From positions 42,952 through 106,951 of the forward strand of contig JAUCBJ010007419.1 of the NCBI GenBank assembly GCA_032718475.1: a DNA stretch of 64,000 nucleotides, given 5' to 3'. Under the pieces are notes generated by a model. The model did no database searches, had not been told where the DNA came from, and saw only the letters and a program-made list of their open reading frames with translations. The stretch comes from Nemertoderma westbladi (taxonomy: Eukaryota > Animalia > Xenacoelomorpha). Each line of letters starts with the position of its first letter. The stretch's first letter is position 1. Made by a program: the position numbers and the translations under genes. Positions 63,686-64,000 of the stretch are shown one piece after another.

Positions 63686-63965
63686 CGATATGGGGGTTTT
63701 CTGGGGTGGTGATTGCATTTCCGATGTCAGTTTTAACGTTTGATGAATTCAACTCAGTCTGTCTGTTTGTCGGACAATCTGTCTGTCTGTCAGTCAATAA
63801 TTAAGGAAACACACTACCGAACTGAAATTTAGGTTATGGGGGTTTTCCATGGTCGGTGATTTCAGCACCGATAGTTAGTTTGGACGTTTGAAGAATTCAA
63901 GACTGTCTAACTGTCAGTCTGTCTGTTTATCAGACAATCTGTCCGTCTGTCAGTCGAAATTTAGG
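63686..63965. repeat. Two diverged ~146-bp tandem units with GTCT microsatellite (Helentron/HINE-like)
   Basis: TATGGGGGTTTTC..GGTGATT..CCGAT..ACGTTTGA.GAATTCAA..CAGTCTGTCTGTTT..GACAATCTGTC occurs twice. Confidence 0.55.
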
Positions 63966-64000
63966 AAAGGACACGACCTCGCTAACACTTTAGTTAAAGG

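Overview
AT-rich eukaryotic (probably invertebrate animal) genomic DNA, not prokaryotic. About 30 of the 64 kb (my estimate) lie in about 13 mutually unrelated tandem arrays with monomers of 6-123 bp, so most long ORFs in the track are repeat artefacts. Recognisable host genes are intron-poor: a two-exon NPRL2 (GATOR1 subunit), the last two exons of a TAP26/CCDC59/Fyv7-like gene, an intronless SCO1/2 and an unidentified spliced plus-strand gene. Mobile DNA includes a full-length BEL/Pao LTR retrotransposon (45029-54359) with near-identical LTRs, several frameshifts and no target-site duplication. There are also two copies of a small second LTR family, several LINE fragments, a ~1.3-kb foldback, and a four-deep nest (hAT > hAT > Tc1/mariner-like > Penelope fragment with a hammerhead-like motif). 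The most notable pattern is that at least three kb-scale satellites appear to have been born in situ from the protein-coding sequence they touch: a host stop-codon region, a Penelope GIY-YIG domain and a LINE ORF2. One further array is a chain of UNCG-tetraloop hairpins with a compensatory base-pair change. All coordinates were read by eye, and array edges are approximate.
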